Source of the DNA: a virus
Length of the DNA stretch: 64,000 bases
Virus record (IMG/VR): IMGVR_UViG_3300005253_000063
Coordinates: 54,355 to 118,354 of that record
Strand: one strand, 5' to 3'
The notes below the pieces were generated by a model. That model searched no databases. It had not been told where the DNA came from and saw only the letters and a program-made list of their open reading frames with translations. Positions 9,934 through 19,576 of this stretch are shown here, piece after piece; the stretch's first letter is position 1, and each line of letters begins with the position of its first letter. The position numbers were made by a program, and so were the translations under genes.

Positions 9934-10395
9934 ATGACGACAACCAACACTGATAGCGGCTCCAACGGCGAGTCCACCCCCACCACCCCCGCAGTCCGCA
10001 AGCTGGAGACGAAGCTGCTGCGCATCGCGGGGCGCATCACCGACTACGGGAAGAAGGTCGGGAAGGTCCCCGACAGCACGGGTGATGAACTGCGCGCGCA
10101 GTTCAAGACCGCGACCGTTGCGGTCAAGGAGATCGTCGCGACCCTCGCGGAGCTGCCCGACAACGTGCTCAGCCGGACCGGCGCGTCGGGCGAGAAGGTA
10201 CCGCTCGCGGCAGGCACGAAGGTCGAGATCCGCGAGAAGGCCCGCAAGGGCTACGAGGGCTTCATGGAGGACGTCGACCTTGTCGGGCTCACCGTCGTCG
10301 AGGTGCGCGGCAAGCGCGTTGCGTGCGACACGCCGAGCGGCATCCGCATCCTCGTACCGCGCGCCCACGTCGTGCTGGAGGAAGCGAGCGCGTAG
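9934..10395 (+). CDS. hypothetical protein (C-terminal SH3/KOW-like beta domain)
   Basis: Preceded by hairpin + GGAGGCTGG leader; strongly GC3-biased codons. Confidence 0.65.
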   Translation: MTTTNTDSGSNGESTPTTPAVRKLETKLLRIAGRITDYGKKVGKVPDSTGDELRAQFKTATVAVKEIVATLAELPDNVLSRTGASGEKVPLAAGTKVEIREKARKGYEGFMEDVDLVGLTVVEVRGKRVACDTPSGIRILVPRAHVVLEEASA

Positions 10396-10480
10396 CGTCG
10401 TTCGACTGCACAGGGAGCGCGGGCTTAACCCCCCGGGTCCGCGTTCCCGCTGGAGTCAAACGATCAACAGGAGGCTGGCA

Positions 10481-11028
10481 ATGATCACACTCGAAAAAAC
10501 GGTAGGAGAATCTATTTCCGCGGTGCCGAATACGCGGCTCGCGGACAGCTCAAGGCTGGTGGGGCGAAGTGGGACCCCGCCGAACGCTGCTGGTGGATGG
10601 GCAGCGGCAAGGCAAGCGAAGCAGAGCGCATCGCTGCCGCGATCGGCAACTCGCGTACCGAGCATGATGGCGTCGATGGGATCGACACGTCCGACCGTGT
10701 GGTGCGGGGGCGGGCAACATACGCCGGCAAGACTTACTACGTACTCGCCGAGGGGATATCTCAGCGCACGGGCAAACCGTACGCGAAGCTCGCGTTCCGC
10801 GACGGGTCCCGAGTTTTCTGGGCGAAGAACGTGGCGGACGTCGAGGTCGTCAAGCGGTACAACGAACCGACTTCGATCGATGCGCTCCGCGCCTACGCCA
10901 ATCGCCGTCGCGCCGAGGATGCCGGCGAAGTCGAGTGTGCGCTCTGCACACGCTACTGCACTTGCGGCACCGATCGGTTCTGCACCCACCACCACGACGG
11001 GTGCGACCGGTGCGGGATGGAGTGCTGA
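10481..11028 (+). pseudogene. frameshifted hypothetical gene with DUF5710-like 'LKAGGAKWDP..CWW' N-terminus
   Basis: ATG 10481 after leader; one extra A in the A6 run (10494-10499) joins it to the 10597..11028 frame. Confidence 0.6.
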
Positions 11029-11029
11029 C

Positions 11030-11254
11030 ATGAACGAGTACATCGAACGGTTGAGGAAATGCGCGGCGCTCTGCCGGAAGTGGGGCGACCTCGTGCACCT
11101 GTACGGGAGCGGGGATCTGTCGATCGACGAGGTCGAGGCGTTGGTCCCGTTGGCGCTATCATATAGTAGGGCGCTCATCGTCCTGCGCGCGCAGCTTGAA
11201 GCACCGGGCGGCTTCGATATCGCGCCGCTCCTGCCCACGGGTGTCGCGCAGTGA
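11030..11254 (+). CDS. hypothetical protein
   Basis: ATG right after upstream stop (MNEYIERLRKC...). Confidence 0.5.
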   Translation: MNEYIERLRKCAALCRKWGDLVHLYGSGDLSIDEVEALVPLALSYSRALIVLRAQLEAPGGFDIAPLLPTGVAQ

Positions 11255-11586
11255 CCAAGGTGCGCCTCGCAACGGTCAAGGAGACAGGGGAGCGCTACCT
11301 GGTCATGCGGCTGCACTTGCCACGCGACCCGGCCGACCCCGCGAAGGTCTACTGTTGGGGCGAAGTCGCCAAGACGAAGGGTCGGCGCACAACGCATGGT
11401 CCGGCCCGGCTTTTCCTCCGTGACGAGGTCGAGGTGGTCGAGGTCGAGAAGACCGACGAACTCATGCACCGGCTCTGGATGCAGTACATCCGCAAGCTGC
11501 GCGCGGAGGGCCATGACATTGAGGTACATCAGACTCGCGCGGGCAATTGGCACGCGACCGATCGCACGGGGAGAGCTGCACTGTGA
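11251..11586 (+). CDS. hypothetical protein
   Basis: GTGA coupling. Confidence 0.6.
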   Translation: MTKVRLATVKETGERYLVMRLHLPRDPADPAKVYCWGEVAKTKGRRTTHGPARLFLRDEVEVVEVEKTDELMHRLWMQYIRKLRAEGHDIEVHQTRAGNWHATDRTGRAAL

Positions 11587-11933
11587 CGCGAGCGTGGACG
11601 AAGGACTGTGATTGGGCGTACCGATGGGAAGTCGAAAGGCTCTTCCGCGAGCGTACTCCGCCAGCCCAGGGAGATATCTATTCGATCGACTCCGCGGGCC
11701 GGGTCACAAGATCGGAAATGCGTGCGTTCTCGCAGAGGGTGTTGCTACGCGACCCGCCCGAGACAGATGCTCGTTGGGTCGCGTGCCATGCGAAGTGGTA
11801 TCAGAAGATGTCTCTTCGGGTGCGGCGCGAGATGGGGGAGATCACGTAGGGCGTCTCGCCAGGAGCCGTCGGCTGCTATGGTCGGCGACTCCGCGCGAGC
11901 AATCCTGCTCTAACCAAACGGAGGCTGGCACCA

Positions 11934-13169
11934 ATGAACACACGAATTCTCAGAGCGACTCTCTTCACCCCGGGCCTGTACGGGCGTTGGGGAATCCCGC
12001 TCAACCTCGAAGGCAAACCCGGTACGGCAAAGACGGCGACGTGGCAAGCGCTGTCGCACGAGTCGGGTCTGCACCTCGAAACGGTCATCGCGTCGATCCG
12101 CGAGCCGAGCGACTTTCTCGGCCTGCCGATTCCCATCCGTGACAACGCGGAGCGGCTCCAGGTCATCAACTGGATGCGATCGAAGATGCCGAACGTCAAG
12201 GTGGTCGACGTGAAGCCGAACGAGATCGCGTTCGCCATCACGGACTACGCTCCGCCCGCGTGGGCGATTCGCGCAACGATCGCGAGGCACGCGCTGGTCT
12301 TCTTCGACGAGTTCAACACGGCGCCCCCCGCGGTCCAGGCCGCGCTGCTCCGCGTCATCCTCGAAGGCATGGTCGGGGAGCGCGAGCTGCCGAAGACCGT
12401 ACGCTTCGCGATGGCGATGAACTCGACCGAGGACGCGGCCGGCGGTTGGGACATCGCACCGCCCCTCGCCAACCGTGTCGGCCACGCAGTCTGGGAGTCG
12501 CCCGACCCCGAGGTCTGGTGCGACTGGCGCATTGGCGGCGGCGGGACCAATGGCAAGTTCGGCGATGCCGCGGCCGAGGAGGCACGCGTCATGGAGGCAT
12601 GGGATATTCCATTCGCGCAGGCGTGCGGACTCGTCGCCGCGTTCATTCGCACCCGACCGGAGCTGCTGATGAAGATGCCCTCAGAGGGGGACCCGCAAGC
12701 GAGCAAGGCATGGCCCTCGCCGCGCACCTGGGACTTCCTCACGTGCGCTCTCGCCGGTTCGATGGTGCACAACCTCGCGGAGGAAGACCGCGACGAGTGG
12801 ATCTCCTGCTACGTCGGGACCGAGCCGGCGGGCGAGCTGATCACGTTCCTCGCGAACGCGGACCTGCCCAACCCGGCCGACCTGCTCGACGGCAAGGTCA
12901 AGTGGACCCACGACCCGAACCGGCTCGACCGGACCGCGGCCGTGCTCTCGGCGTGCGCAGCGTACGTCACTTCGAAGAGCACGGAGAAGCGCGAGAAGCG
13001 CGCCGCGGCGCTCTGGAAGCTGATGGCTCCGATCGTCGAAGACGCAGCCGACGTTACGGTTCCTGCGGGCCGCACGCTCTGCCGGGCGCGCCTCGCGCTG
13101 GGCAAAGAAGCGAAGCCTGTCCTCGTGAAGCTCCAGCCGGTTTTGAAAGCAGCTGGCATCCAGCCGTAG
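11934..13169 (+). CDS. MoxR-like AAA+ ATPase
   Basis: Walker A GKPGTAKT, Walker B FFDEFN, PPLANR, PSPRTW. Confidence 0.9.
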   Translation: MNTRILRATLFTPGLYGRWGIPLNLEGKPGTAKTATWQALSHESGLHLETVIASIREPSDFLGLPIPIRDNAERLQVINWMRSKMPNVKVVDVKPNEIAFAITDYAPPAWAIRATIARHALVFFDEFNTAPPAVQAALLRVILEGMVGERELPKTVRFAMAMNSTEDAAGGWDIAPPLANRVGHAVWESPDPEVWCDWRIGGGGTNGKFGDAAAEEARVMEAWDIPFAQACGLVAAFIRTRPELLMKMPSEGDPQASKAWPSPRTWDFLTCALAGSMVHNLAEEDRDEWISCYVGTEPAGELITFLANADLPNPADLLDGKVKWTHDPNRLDRTAAVLSACAAYVTSKSTEKREKRAAALWKLMAPIVEDAADVTVPAGRTLCRARLALGKEAKPVLVKLQPVLKAAGIQP

Positions 13170-13180
13170 GGAGCCGACCG

Positions 13181-13981
13181 ATGCGGAAGGAGACGAAAGT
13201 CAAACTCGGCGGACGTCGGATACCCTCGCAGTTTGTAACTGCGAGGGCGCCGTGCGCGTGCGGTCGAGGTGGCGCGCACCCCGTATCGATCACACTGGCG
13301 CAGGACGACTGTCTGCTCTCGATTGACTGCGGGTGCGACCTGAAGATGGGCGATGCGGTCGACCGCCTTGGTGGGGACTCTTGCGCGATCCTCGCGTTGG
13401 AACTTTGGAAGGGTGTGATCGGTCGCAAAGCTTCCTACCCGGACAAGGGCGACGCCTTCGCGTTGCTCAACCAAGCGTGGCTCAACGGGAAGCGGTACGC
13501 GGAAGCGGCAGCCAGGAAGCACAAGAACTCGGACACGGACGAGTCGTTGTACCCGGGCTGGTCAGCCGAGGGCTGGACGCTCGAACGTCGTATGGCGTTG
13601 ATGGACCGGGGCGGCAGCGCCGCCGCCGGCTTCCCGGTAAAGTTCGTCATCGATCCCAGCGGGCTGACCACGATGTTCATCGAGGGGGCCCATCCGAGCG
13701 TTGCGACGAAGGGGAAGGGCGGGCGCTGGACGTACGACGAGATGAAGATCGCGGATCTCGCCAAGCGCTCCGATCCCTTCATCGTTGATCCGAGCACACG
13801 ACGACATAGCTACTCGAAGCACTACAACATATGCTGCTCCGCTTGTGCCCTAAATCTTAGGGACAAGAAGGGCAGCGCCCACGTTCGACTCGTCTCGCAT
13901 CAGCAGGCGGTCATCGCCGGCGTACGACGCGCGCTCGCGGTCGTCATGTCGCGACGCGACAAAGGAGGCAATCATGCCTAG
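13181..13981 (+). CDS. hypothetical Cys-rich protein
   Basis: ATG 13181 after GGGAG; lies between the AAA and VWA genes. Confidence 0.6.
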   Translation: MRKETKVKLGGRRIPSQFVTARAPCACGRGGAHPVSITLAQDDCLLSIDCGCDLKMGDAVDRLGGDSCAILALELWKGVIGRKASYPDKGDAFALLNQAWLNGKRYAEAAARKHKNSDTDESLYPGWSAEGWTLERRMALMDRGGSAAAGFPVKFVIDPSGLTTMFIEGAHPSVATKGKGGRWTYDEMKIADLAKRSDPFIVDPSTRRHSYSKHYNICCSACALNLRDKKGSAHVRLVSHQQAVIAGVRRALAVVMSRRDKGGNHA

Positions 13982-15602
13982 AGTGAATCGTAAGTCTGGC
14001 GGCGGTATGGATCTCAGTCCGAAGCTGAAGTTCGCCGCCGCGCGGCTGCTCATCCGCGAGAAGGTCCCGTACATACGAAGCGCTCTGCTTGGGATGGTCG
14101 TAGTCTGGGTGCCGGGTCTCGGCACGATGGGTGTGACGTACGACGGCATCCTCATGGTGGACGAGGCGTTCGTTGCCGAGTGCACGATCGAGGAAGTCGC
14201 GGGCGTGCTCTACCACGAGGTCTGGCACGTCCTGCGCGAGCACAACGTTCGCTGCGAAGCGATGGGCTGTGTGCATCCGTTCGAGCACAAGCTCTCGAAC
14301 CTCGCTGGCGACGCAGAGATCAATGACGACATCATGGATCACCCGTTCCCCTTGCCCACGCTCATCGATCCGATGACGGGGCAGGCGGGCGGACCGATCT
14401 TGCCCAAGAACTTTGGCGCAGAGAACGGCCGACTGATGGAGGAATACTACCGACTGCTGCGAAAGCAATGCCAGCCTCAGCAGCAGCCGGGCACCGGCGA
14501 CGGTTCACACGAGAAAGGTTCGGGCGAGTCTGGTCAGGCGGGGGTCGATTCTCCGTCTCCGGGTTCTGATAAGTCCGTGGCCAGTGATGACACGTCGTCT
14601 GGTGGGTCCAACGATGACCCTGGTGCGGGTCAGGGCTCACCCGCTGGGGCGGCGTCGGGTTCCGATGGTCAGCCTGGGGTCGATTCCCAGGCGTCGGGAT
14701 CCGGCGCCGACTCCCCGGCGTCATCGGGCGAAGGCGAATCGAAGGGCGAGGGTGGCAGCGGCAACGCCAAAGGGAAGCTGCCCGAACGTCAAGCCGGTTG
14801 GGGCGCGTGCGGCAGTGCCGCGGGTAACCCCTTGCCGATCGAGGATGAGATCCGCAAGAGGGTCAAGGGCCGCACGAGAGCGGAGCTGAAGCGCATGAAG
14901 CGCGAAGTCGCTGAGGCGGTTCGCAACGAGGCATCGAGGTCGCGTGGCACAGTGCCGGGCGGTCTGCTCCGCTGGGCGGAGAAGTCGCTCAAGCCCGCGG
15001 TGGTTCCCTGGCAGCGCGAGCTGGCAACGGTCTGCCGTGCGGCCATCGCGTATCGACCCGGAGCGGTTGACTACAAGTATGATCGACCCTCGCGCCGACA
15101 GGCGGGGCTCGGCTTCAACTCGGGCGACCCGATCCTGCCGTGCATGAGACAGCCCGTACCGAACGTGCTCATCGCGGTGGACACGTCGGGGTCGATGGGA
15201 ACGAATGAGCTGACCGATGGGCTTCGCGAGTCGAACGGGATTCTCAAAGCGGTCGGCGTGCATGCGACCTTCATGGCGTGCGATGCGGCGGTCCACTCGA
15301 TGCAGAAGGTCCGCTCGTGGCGCGACATCCTGCCGCTGCTCAAGGGTGGCGGCGGGACGTCGTTCAAGCCGGTCTTCGAAGCGCTCAGGAAAGTGCGACC
15401 GAAGCCGGACGTGCTCGTGTTCGTGACCGACGGCATGGGAGACTGCCCCGAGCAACCACCGATCGGAACCAAGGTCGTGTGGTTGCTCGTTGGTTCGCAC
15501 CGCACGAAGCCGAGCATGGGTTCGTATGGAGGCAAGCCCGTCACCTGGGGCAAGTGTATCTACCTCGGTGGCGATCCGAACGCGGAGAAGGAGGCAGCGT
15601 AG
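13974..15602 (+). CDS. DUF2201-type metallopeptidase + VWA domain protein
   Basis: HEVWH zincin motif, AGDAEIN, Gly/Ser linker, MIDAS DTSGS, GGGT, TDG. Confidence 0.88.
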   Translation: MPRVNRKSGGGMDLSPKLKFAAARLLIREKVPYIRSALLGMVVVWVPGLGTMGVTYDGILMVDEAFVAECTIEEVAGVLYHEVWHVLREHNVRCEAMGCVHPFEHKLSNLAGDAEINDDIMDHPFPLPTLIDPMTGQAGGPILPKNFGAENGRLMEEYYRLLRKQCQPQQQPGTGDGSHEKGSGESGQAGVDSPSPGSDKSVASDDTSSGGSNDDPGAGQGSPAGAASGSDGQPGVDSQASGSGADSPASSGEGESKGEGGSGNAKGKLPERQAGWGACGSAAGNPLPIEDEIRKRVKGRTRAELKRMKREVAEAVRNEASRSRGTVPGGLLRWAEKSLKPAVVPWQRELATVCRAAIAYRPGAVDYKYDRPSRRQAGLGFNSGDPILPCMRQPVPNVLIAVDTSGSMGTNELTDGLRESNGILKAVGVHATFMACDAAVHSMQKVRSWRDILPLLKGGGGTSFKPVFEALRKVRPKPDVLVFVTDGMGDCPEQPPIGTKVVWLLVGSHRTKPSMGSYGGKPVTWGKCIYLGGDPNAEKEAA

Positions 15603-15878
15603 ATGACGAACCCACACCATCAGCGTTACCTGCGAAGAGACTGGATCGAAAGTCTCAACTTCTACTGGACTACGATGGATCTCACCGGCGTCCTTCTTGG
15701 CTGTGCCGAGCTACTCGAACTAGCCAAAAAGGTAGCCATCGAATCCAGCGGCAGCGTGGTTGTCGGCGAGACTCGTCGTTACGGAATGGACAAGTGGCGA
15801 GTGAACGACGTGCAAGCGTGGCACGACCGCGTGCGTGAGGCCGACGCGCGAGCACGGCTTGGGGAGGTAGCGACGTGA
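15603..15878 (+). CDS. hypothetical protein, C-terminal DAxxRL motif
   Basis: ends ADARARLGEVAT. Confidence 0.6.
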   Translation: MTNPHHQRYLRRDWIESLNFYWTTMDLTGVLLGCAELLELAKKVAIESSGSVVVGETRRYGMDKWRVNDVQAWHDRVREADARARLGEVAT

Positions 15879-16153
15879 TGCGACAGCACGCGCGGCTCTT
15901 GGCTACGGGCAGGGGTGAGTGGATGACCGAGACGGTGTTCATTGCTGCATGCCGTGTTCTAGTCGACGGATGGCACCTCGACCGTCGTCTCGTCATGGAC
16001 GCCGCCCACGCTGCCGAGTGCGACGGCACGCTCTCCCGCATCGCGACCAGCATCGAGTTCAACGAACCCTACTGGATCGTCAACGAACTCGACCGGTGGC
16101 TCGACACGCTCCGCGTGCTCGATGCCGCACGACGACTTGGGAGGGCGGCGTGA
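15875..16153 (+). CDS. hypothetical protein (paralog of next gene), DAxxRL motif
   Basis: GEWMTETVFIAACRVLV...LDAARRLG. Confidence 0.6.
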   Translation: MMRQHARLLATGRGEWMTETVFIAACRVLVDGWHLDRRLVMDAAHAAECDGTLSRIATSIEFNEPYWIVNELDRWLDTLRVLDAARRLGRAA

Positions 16154-16476
16154 CGCGAAATCCCCACTTGGCCGAGTGTCTGTACGCGGGCGAGTACATG
16201 ACCGAGCACGTGTTCGTCGCCGCGTGCCGCGAGCTGGTTGGCGAAGTGCTCGACCACCGCAGCATCACGCGCGCTGCCTCAGCGAACCGCGTGATGTTTG
16301 AGGGCCACCCCGAGAACGTCGAGACGGTCGACTGGCGCTCTGCCCGGTGGCGTGTGCGAACGGAAGCATGGGACGCGTGGGCCGACGTATTGCGCGCACT
16401 CGATGCTGAGCAGCGCCTCGGCGAACAACCGAGGGACGCCTTTCATGGGCTCCGGTGGGATCCAGAACAAGCTTAG
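16150..16476 (+). CDS. hypothetical protein (paralog of previous gene), DAxxRL motif
   Basis: GEYMTEHVFVAACRELV...LDAEQRLGE. Confidence 0.6.
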   Translation: MTRNPHLAECLYAGEYMTEHVFVAACRELVGEVLDHRSITRAASANRVMFEGHPENVETVDWRSARWRVRTEAWDAWADVLRALDAEQRLGEQPRDAFHGLRWDPEQA

Positions 16477-16558
16477 CTGCACAGAGCGCACGGCTTCGGC
16501 CGTGCGTTCGATGGAGCATTGCTCCGCGACAACCAAACAGAAACAGGAGGCTGGAACA

Positions 16559-17434
16559 ATGACGCAACAAGCACAGGCGCAAGGCACTCAACAAGTGCAG
16601 GGCATAGTCGCGGTTACCGAGAGCATGGAAACGGCTGGCTGTATAGTCTGGTGGCGGCTCAGCGGTTCGACCGACGGCTACGCGCTGCGACAGGCGTGGG
16701 AAGACGCGGGACTCCCCGAGGATCTCGTTCCCGAGCTGCCCTCGGCCGAGAAGGCGCTACGCCGCGCGGTCATCGAGCAGCGCGAACGCAGGCGCTTGGT
16801 CCGCCCGCTTGAAGGCACGAAGGGCTGGGCCGTCGTGGACGAAGCGGCGAGCGGCGACGATCTCGATTACTCGGTCAGACTCAAAGTGACCCTCAACAAG
16901 ATCGGCCACGTGAGCATCGAGCCGGAGGGTGCGGTTGGTTCCGACGAGATCAAGGCGGCGTACCAACGCCACCTCGCGCAGTTGGCGCAGACCGACATCA
17001 GCACGTGGCTGGTTCGTCTCGCCGCGCGTGTTCGCGCGGTCGCGCTTCGCGACACAGGCGGCGTATACTTCATCCCCCGCGAACAGGTTGCGCAGTGGCG
17101 ACGGATGGCCGGCGCGCTCGGCGCAGCGAGCGCGAGTCGCGTCTTCGAGGTTCCCGCGCTCAAGAGCGACGAGGCGATCGAAGCCGTGCTCGACGCCGTG
17201 GCGCGCGAGGCCGAGACTGCTGCCGAGGTGATGGAGGAGGAGCTGGCGAAGGAGAATCTCGGGGAGCGCGCGTTGCGTACGCGGACCGAGCGCTGCGGCG
17301 CGATCGAAGAGAAGCTCTCGACGTACGAGAAGCTCCTGGGCACAAGCCTCGACGCACTCCACGACCGGCTCGAAGTTCTGCAAGCCGGTCTCGCAACCGC
17401 GGCCCTCGCAGCGATGGCAGGGGACGACGACTGA
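16559..17434 (+). CDS. conserved phage hypothetical protein (DUF6744-like)
   Basis: GCIVWWRL...GGVYFIP motifs and helical C-terminus; leader motif upstream. Confidence 0.6.
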   Translation: MTQQAQAQGTQQVQGIVAVTESMETAGCIVWWRLSGSTDGYALRQAWEDAGLPEDLVPELPSAEKALRRAVIEQRERRRLVRPLEGTKGWAVVDEAASGDDLDYSVRLKVTLNKIGHVSIEPEGAVGSDEIKAAYQRHLAQLAQTDISTWLVRLAARVRAVALRDTGGVYFIPREQVAQWRRMAGALGAASASRVFEVPALKSDEAIEAVLDAVAREAETAAEVMEEELAKENLGERALRTRTERCGAIEEKLSTYEKLLGTSLDALHDRLEVLQAGLATAALAAMAGDDD

Positions 17435-17639
17435 TGGCGCAGTTCCGCCGGACGATCGAGAACGTGTCGATGCTGCTCACTACGTTCAAGCGACGTCCGA
17501 ACGTCATCCGCGTTCAGAGCCGGTTCTGGGATCGCGAATTCGTTCGGGTAGACGAAGGCGTCTGGGAAGCTAGACCCTGGACGCCAGCCCTTCCGTTGGC
17601 TTTGGAACTTGAAGAACTTTACCAAGCGGGGGCATCGGC

Positions 17640-18029
17640 GTGAGCGGCACCGAACGTGTGTGGCGCGTGTCGCGCGAATCGGAGTGCATCTCCGTGACCA
17701 CCCACGTGCGCAACGCGGGGTTCGGGAAACCGTCGACCTGCGCGGCTTCGCTCTTGGGTGAGTGCTGGTTCCTGAACCGCGTTGTCGTCCACAGGGACGA
17801 TCGCGGTGCGGGCATTGGGAAAGAGTTGATGCGTCGTCTTCAACAAGCGCTCGGCGAGCGTTGGACCCTTGAGCGCTATCGCTCCGAGACTCACAAGTTG
17901 ATCGTCACACCGGGAGGTTACGGCTCGGACCCCGCCGACCTGGAAAAGTTCTACCAGGCGTGCGGCTTCACGACAACGAGCCCGCTCCCTGAGCTGCTGA
18001 TGGAATGGAAGATGCGCGATGCCAAGTGA
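17640..18029 (+). CDS. GNAT acetyltransferase
   Basis: VVVHRDDRGAGIGKELM acetyl-CoA motif A; FYQACGF. Confidence 0.85.
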   Translation: MSGTERVWRVSRESECISVTTHVRNAGFGKPSTCAASLLGECWFLNRVVVHRDDRGAGIGKELMRRLQQALGERWTLERYRSETHKLIVTPGGYGSDPADLEKFYQACGFTTTSPLPELLMEWKMRDAK

Positions 18030-18462
18030 CACGAACCGACGCCTCAACATCTTCGAACGACGCGGGTGGTGCCCTGTTCGCTACGCGCATCACCCGAAGC
18101 CGATCAAGGACGCGCTGCGTAAGCTCGGCCTCCGACCACAGATAAAGCAGTGCTTCGCCAACAGCCAGCGCTTCTTCATGGGCGCGACGTGGCTCGACCT
18201 CGAATACTACGAGGGCTACATCACCACCATCATCCCGATGCCGCACGGCTGGCTTCTGTGGGAGGAGCAGCTCATCGACCTGACCCTGGACTACGGGCCG
18301 GACGAGATTGAGTATCACGGGAGCACTGTGTACACGCGGGACGAGGTACGGAAGAACATGGTTCGCACGATGCAGTGGTGCGTGATGGACGATCGCGTGT
18401 TGCACTCGCATCACCCGCGCAGCGATGAAATCGAAGCGATGCGCGCGGAGGGATCACGATGA
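18019..18462 (+). CDS. hypothetical protein, transglutaminase-like C/H/D
   Basis: QCFANS, YYEGY, HGW, IDLT. Confidence 0.5.
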   Translation: MPSDTNRRLNIFERRGWCPVRYAHHPKPIKDALRKLGLRPQIKQCFANSQRFFMGATWLDLEYYEGYITTIIPMPHGWLLWEEQLIDLTLDYGPDEIEYHGSTVYTRDEVRKNMVRTMQWCVMDDRVLHSHHPRSDEIEAMRAEGSR

Positions 18463-18992
18463 CCGTAACAGAGCAGACGATCCGCGCGCAGCTCCAGCAG
18501 ATCCTCGACGACTGGTACGAAGACTTCCTTGCCAAGGGAGGGGCACGCATCCGCAAGCTGCTCGACAAACAGACCGAGCAGATCGTGCTGGGTCTGCTCG
18601 GCTTCCGCGCGGAGTACAACGGCAAGTGGCAGCTCGACGTCACGAACGGTCGGAGTCACAACAGCTTCGTTGGCAAGTACCTCCACGAGAACGCCAAACG
18701 CGCGGTCGGTAAGTGGTTGGAGAAGTACCTGCACGAACCCATCGCAGTTGTGCCGAACGAGGAAGCGCTGGCGAGTGCGCGGAAGGAGTACGAGCGCACC
18801 TTCCGACGCGCCCTACTTGAAGGTGCTCAAACCAAGGCGCAAGAACATGCGACGAAGGCGCTTGAAGCCGTGGTGGGTACATCGCTACGAGAGCTTGGCC
18901 AACTCCTTGCGCCTGCGGGCGCACGAGCGCAGGACGCTCGCGACCGTCTCGTTGACGGTGACGAATGCGTAGTGGACGAGGAGGACGACTGA
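18459..18992 (+). CDS. hypothetical protein, DAxxRL motif
   Basis: ATGA coupling; QDARDRL near C-terminus. Confidence 0.6.
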   Translation: MTVTEQTIRAQLQQILDDWYEDFLAKGGARIRKLLDKQTEQIVLGLLGFRAEYNGKWQLDVTNGRSHNSFVGKYLHENAKRAVGKWLEKYLHEPIAVVPNEEALASARKEYERTFRRALLEGAQTKAQEHATKALEAVVGTSLRELGQLLAPAGARAQDARDRLVDGDECVVDEEDD

Positions 18993-19339
18993 TGCGCGTG
19001 CTCGTCTGCGGTGACCGACATTGGACCGACCGGGGCGCCATCCTCAATCGGCTCAGGGAGCTACCGCCCGGTGCCATAATCATCCACGGTGCTGCGAAGG
19101 GAGCCGACACGATCGCAGGCGAAGTAGCGAAGTCACTCGGCTTCGCAATCGAGGCGTACCTGGCGGACTGGGCGCAGTACGGTCGCGCCGCAGGACCGAT
19201 TCGCAACGCGAAGATGCTCCAGGAAGGCAAGCCCGATCTGGTCATCGCGTACCACGCGGACATCGAGGCGAGTAAGGGTACGAAGAGCATGGTGCGGCTC
19301 GCACGCGCTGCAGGCATACCCGTCGAGGTGTTGCCGTGA
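18992..19339 (+). CDS. SLOG/YspA-like (DUF2493) protein
   Basis: VLVCGDR, IIHGAAKGAD, YGRAAGPIRNAKM, SKGTKSM. Confidence 0.85.
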   Translation: MRVLVCGDRHWTDRGAILNRLRELPPGAIIIHGAAKGADTIAGEVAKSLGFAIEAYLADWAQYGRAAGPIRNAKMLQEGKPDLVIAYHADIEASKGTKSMVRLARAAGIPVEVLP

Positions 19340-19576
19340 GACGCGTGAACCTCGCGACACGAGAAGAATTGGTCGCGCGCATTCGCCTCGGCGAACGCAT
19401 TGGCGGCTTCTATTGGGTACAGGAAGGCACTGGCGCGCTACACGCTCGACTAGTGGATGGATCGCGGGTGCACGTTCACGCAGATGCGCACTTGATTCTA
19501 CTGGGTCGCCTCGCGCCGGGTGATGTATGCGATGTCTGTTTGGAGATCGTAACGCGAGCCGCACGAAAGGAAGGTC

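Noticed and set aside
10082-11254. 390-aa ORF
   Set aside because: Arg/Ser-rich off-frame read across three real genes; only short parts are plausible.
12260-13180. N-terminal extension of the 573-aa ORF
   Set aside because: Overlaps the AAA ATPase out of frame; real start is likely 13181.
14490-14780. Gly/Ser-rich quasi-repeats
   Set aside because: Ordinary low-complexity linker of DUF2201/VWA proteins, not a DNA repeat array.
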